DNA of 64,000 bases from assembly GCF_021028975.2 (NCBI RefSeq), contig NC_059433.1, positions 93,620,001 to 93,684,000 of the forward strand, read 5' to 3'. This document shows positions 63,080 through 64,000 of the stretch, in pieces. Position numbers and translations under genes: made by a program. Under the pieces are notes generated by a model. The model was not told where the DNA came from and searched no databases. It saw only the letters and a program-made list of their open reading frames with translations. Within the stretch, counting starts at the first letter, position 1. Each line of letters opens with the position of its first letter. The stretch is from Sphaerodactylus townsendi (Eukaryota).

Positions 63080-64000
63080 CAGAAGTGTACTACAGAAGTA
63101 CAAGATATTATAACAATTCCCAAACTGGTCAATTAGCATATTTAATCAATACATTTTACTATTAGATATGTGTGAAGGGAGACCTGAAGCCATTTTAGAG
63201 ACCTATGAACGAACTGTGCAAATACTTAAACCCCTCCTGTCCAAAAACAATGTGACTAGTCAACAAAAAGGGACCGCTGACAAACAATGGTTTGATCATG
63301 ACTGTAGAATGGCCAAAAGAAACCTGCTAAGACTATTCCATCAGTTTAAAGAGGGCGTGACTAACAAAGAACTGGTACTGGAAGGGAAAAAAAACTTATA
63401 AGGCCATGCTAAAATATAAGAAAAAAATGTCCATGCACAAAAAATGGCAATCTCTAATCAAGGCGGTAAGATCGAATGATTCTGCCACTTTTTGGAGACT
63501 AACAAGCCAGAATAATAATCTAAGTAAATCATGGGCTTAGCTTAATCCAATAAATAACAATAAACAGTCTGGGTGGAGCATTTTTTCCAAACTTTTTTAC
63601 AAAACCATCAGCCTTCTTTGGGACATTATAATCTCGCTTCGGATAACACACCTACATGGCCCCTGTAACCAAAGCAGAAAGTCGCGCATCTCTATGATTT
63701 CCAAATTAAAAATCTGGGGAAACAGCCCCAGGGAATGACTATATACTCCCCATAGAGCTATTGAAAGTCAACATTGACTGGTGGGCTACAATTCTAGCTT
63801 CGAACTTTTCACGTATATTAATAATACCAGGCTATATTCCAACAGATTGGAAAGAAGCCATAATAGTCCCTATATTTAAAAAAGGGGATAATCACGGACC
63901 CAGCCACAACTACAGGTCCCGATCAGCTTCTTGCTTAATTGTTATAAGTAAGATATATACCAATCTACCTGTGCACAAAGGTTTCTGGTGCATGGCTCGA
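63080..64000 (+). mobile_element. Non-LTR retrotransposon ORF2 fragment (RTE-X/L2-like), runs off the window
   Basis: KQWFDHDCRMAKR linker motif, then frameshifted RT N-terminal motifs APGNDY, IELLKVNIDWW and DWKEAIIVPIFKKGD...NYR..ISL. Confidence 0.8.

Overview
Eukaryotic, vertebrate non-coding DNA, about 40% GC by eye, with two assembly gaps. The repeat complement (Squam3-like tRNA SINEs, 5S-headed SINEs, CR1, L2, Penelope, hAT and Harbinger MITEs) points to a squamate reptile, probably a gecko. No complete host gene is visible, and almost all ORF-track entries are spurious. Main elements: (1) a near full-length CR1 LINE (~56.1-60.9 kb; ORF1 zinc-finger/coiled-coil plus SGNH esterase, ORF2 APE endonuclease plus RT) that appears nested in a Harbinger-type MITE, with a 5'UTR array of five GAGGTGAGTCA motifs; (2) a very young, non-coding 1,540-bp two-LTR retroelement (TRIM-like) with a perfect tRNA-Lys PBS, PPT and CTAG TSD; (3) a perfect 191-bp palindrome made of two inverted Penelope pLTR fragments, each with an intact minimal hammerhead-ribozyme core, plus an older decayed copy; (4) many hAT and Harbinger MITEs with readable TSDs, solo LTRs, a probable Helitron-like element, L2/CR1 fragments, and the start of another LINE RT at the right edge. 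Three splice-acceptor-led short ORFs on the minus strand (39.7, 55.1 and 62.9 kb) may be alternative terminal exons of an unidentified gene whose body lies to the right of the window.
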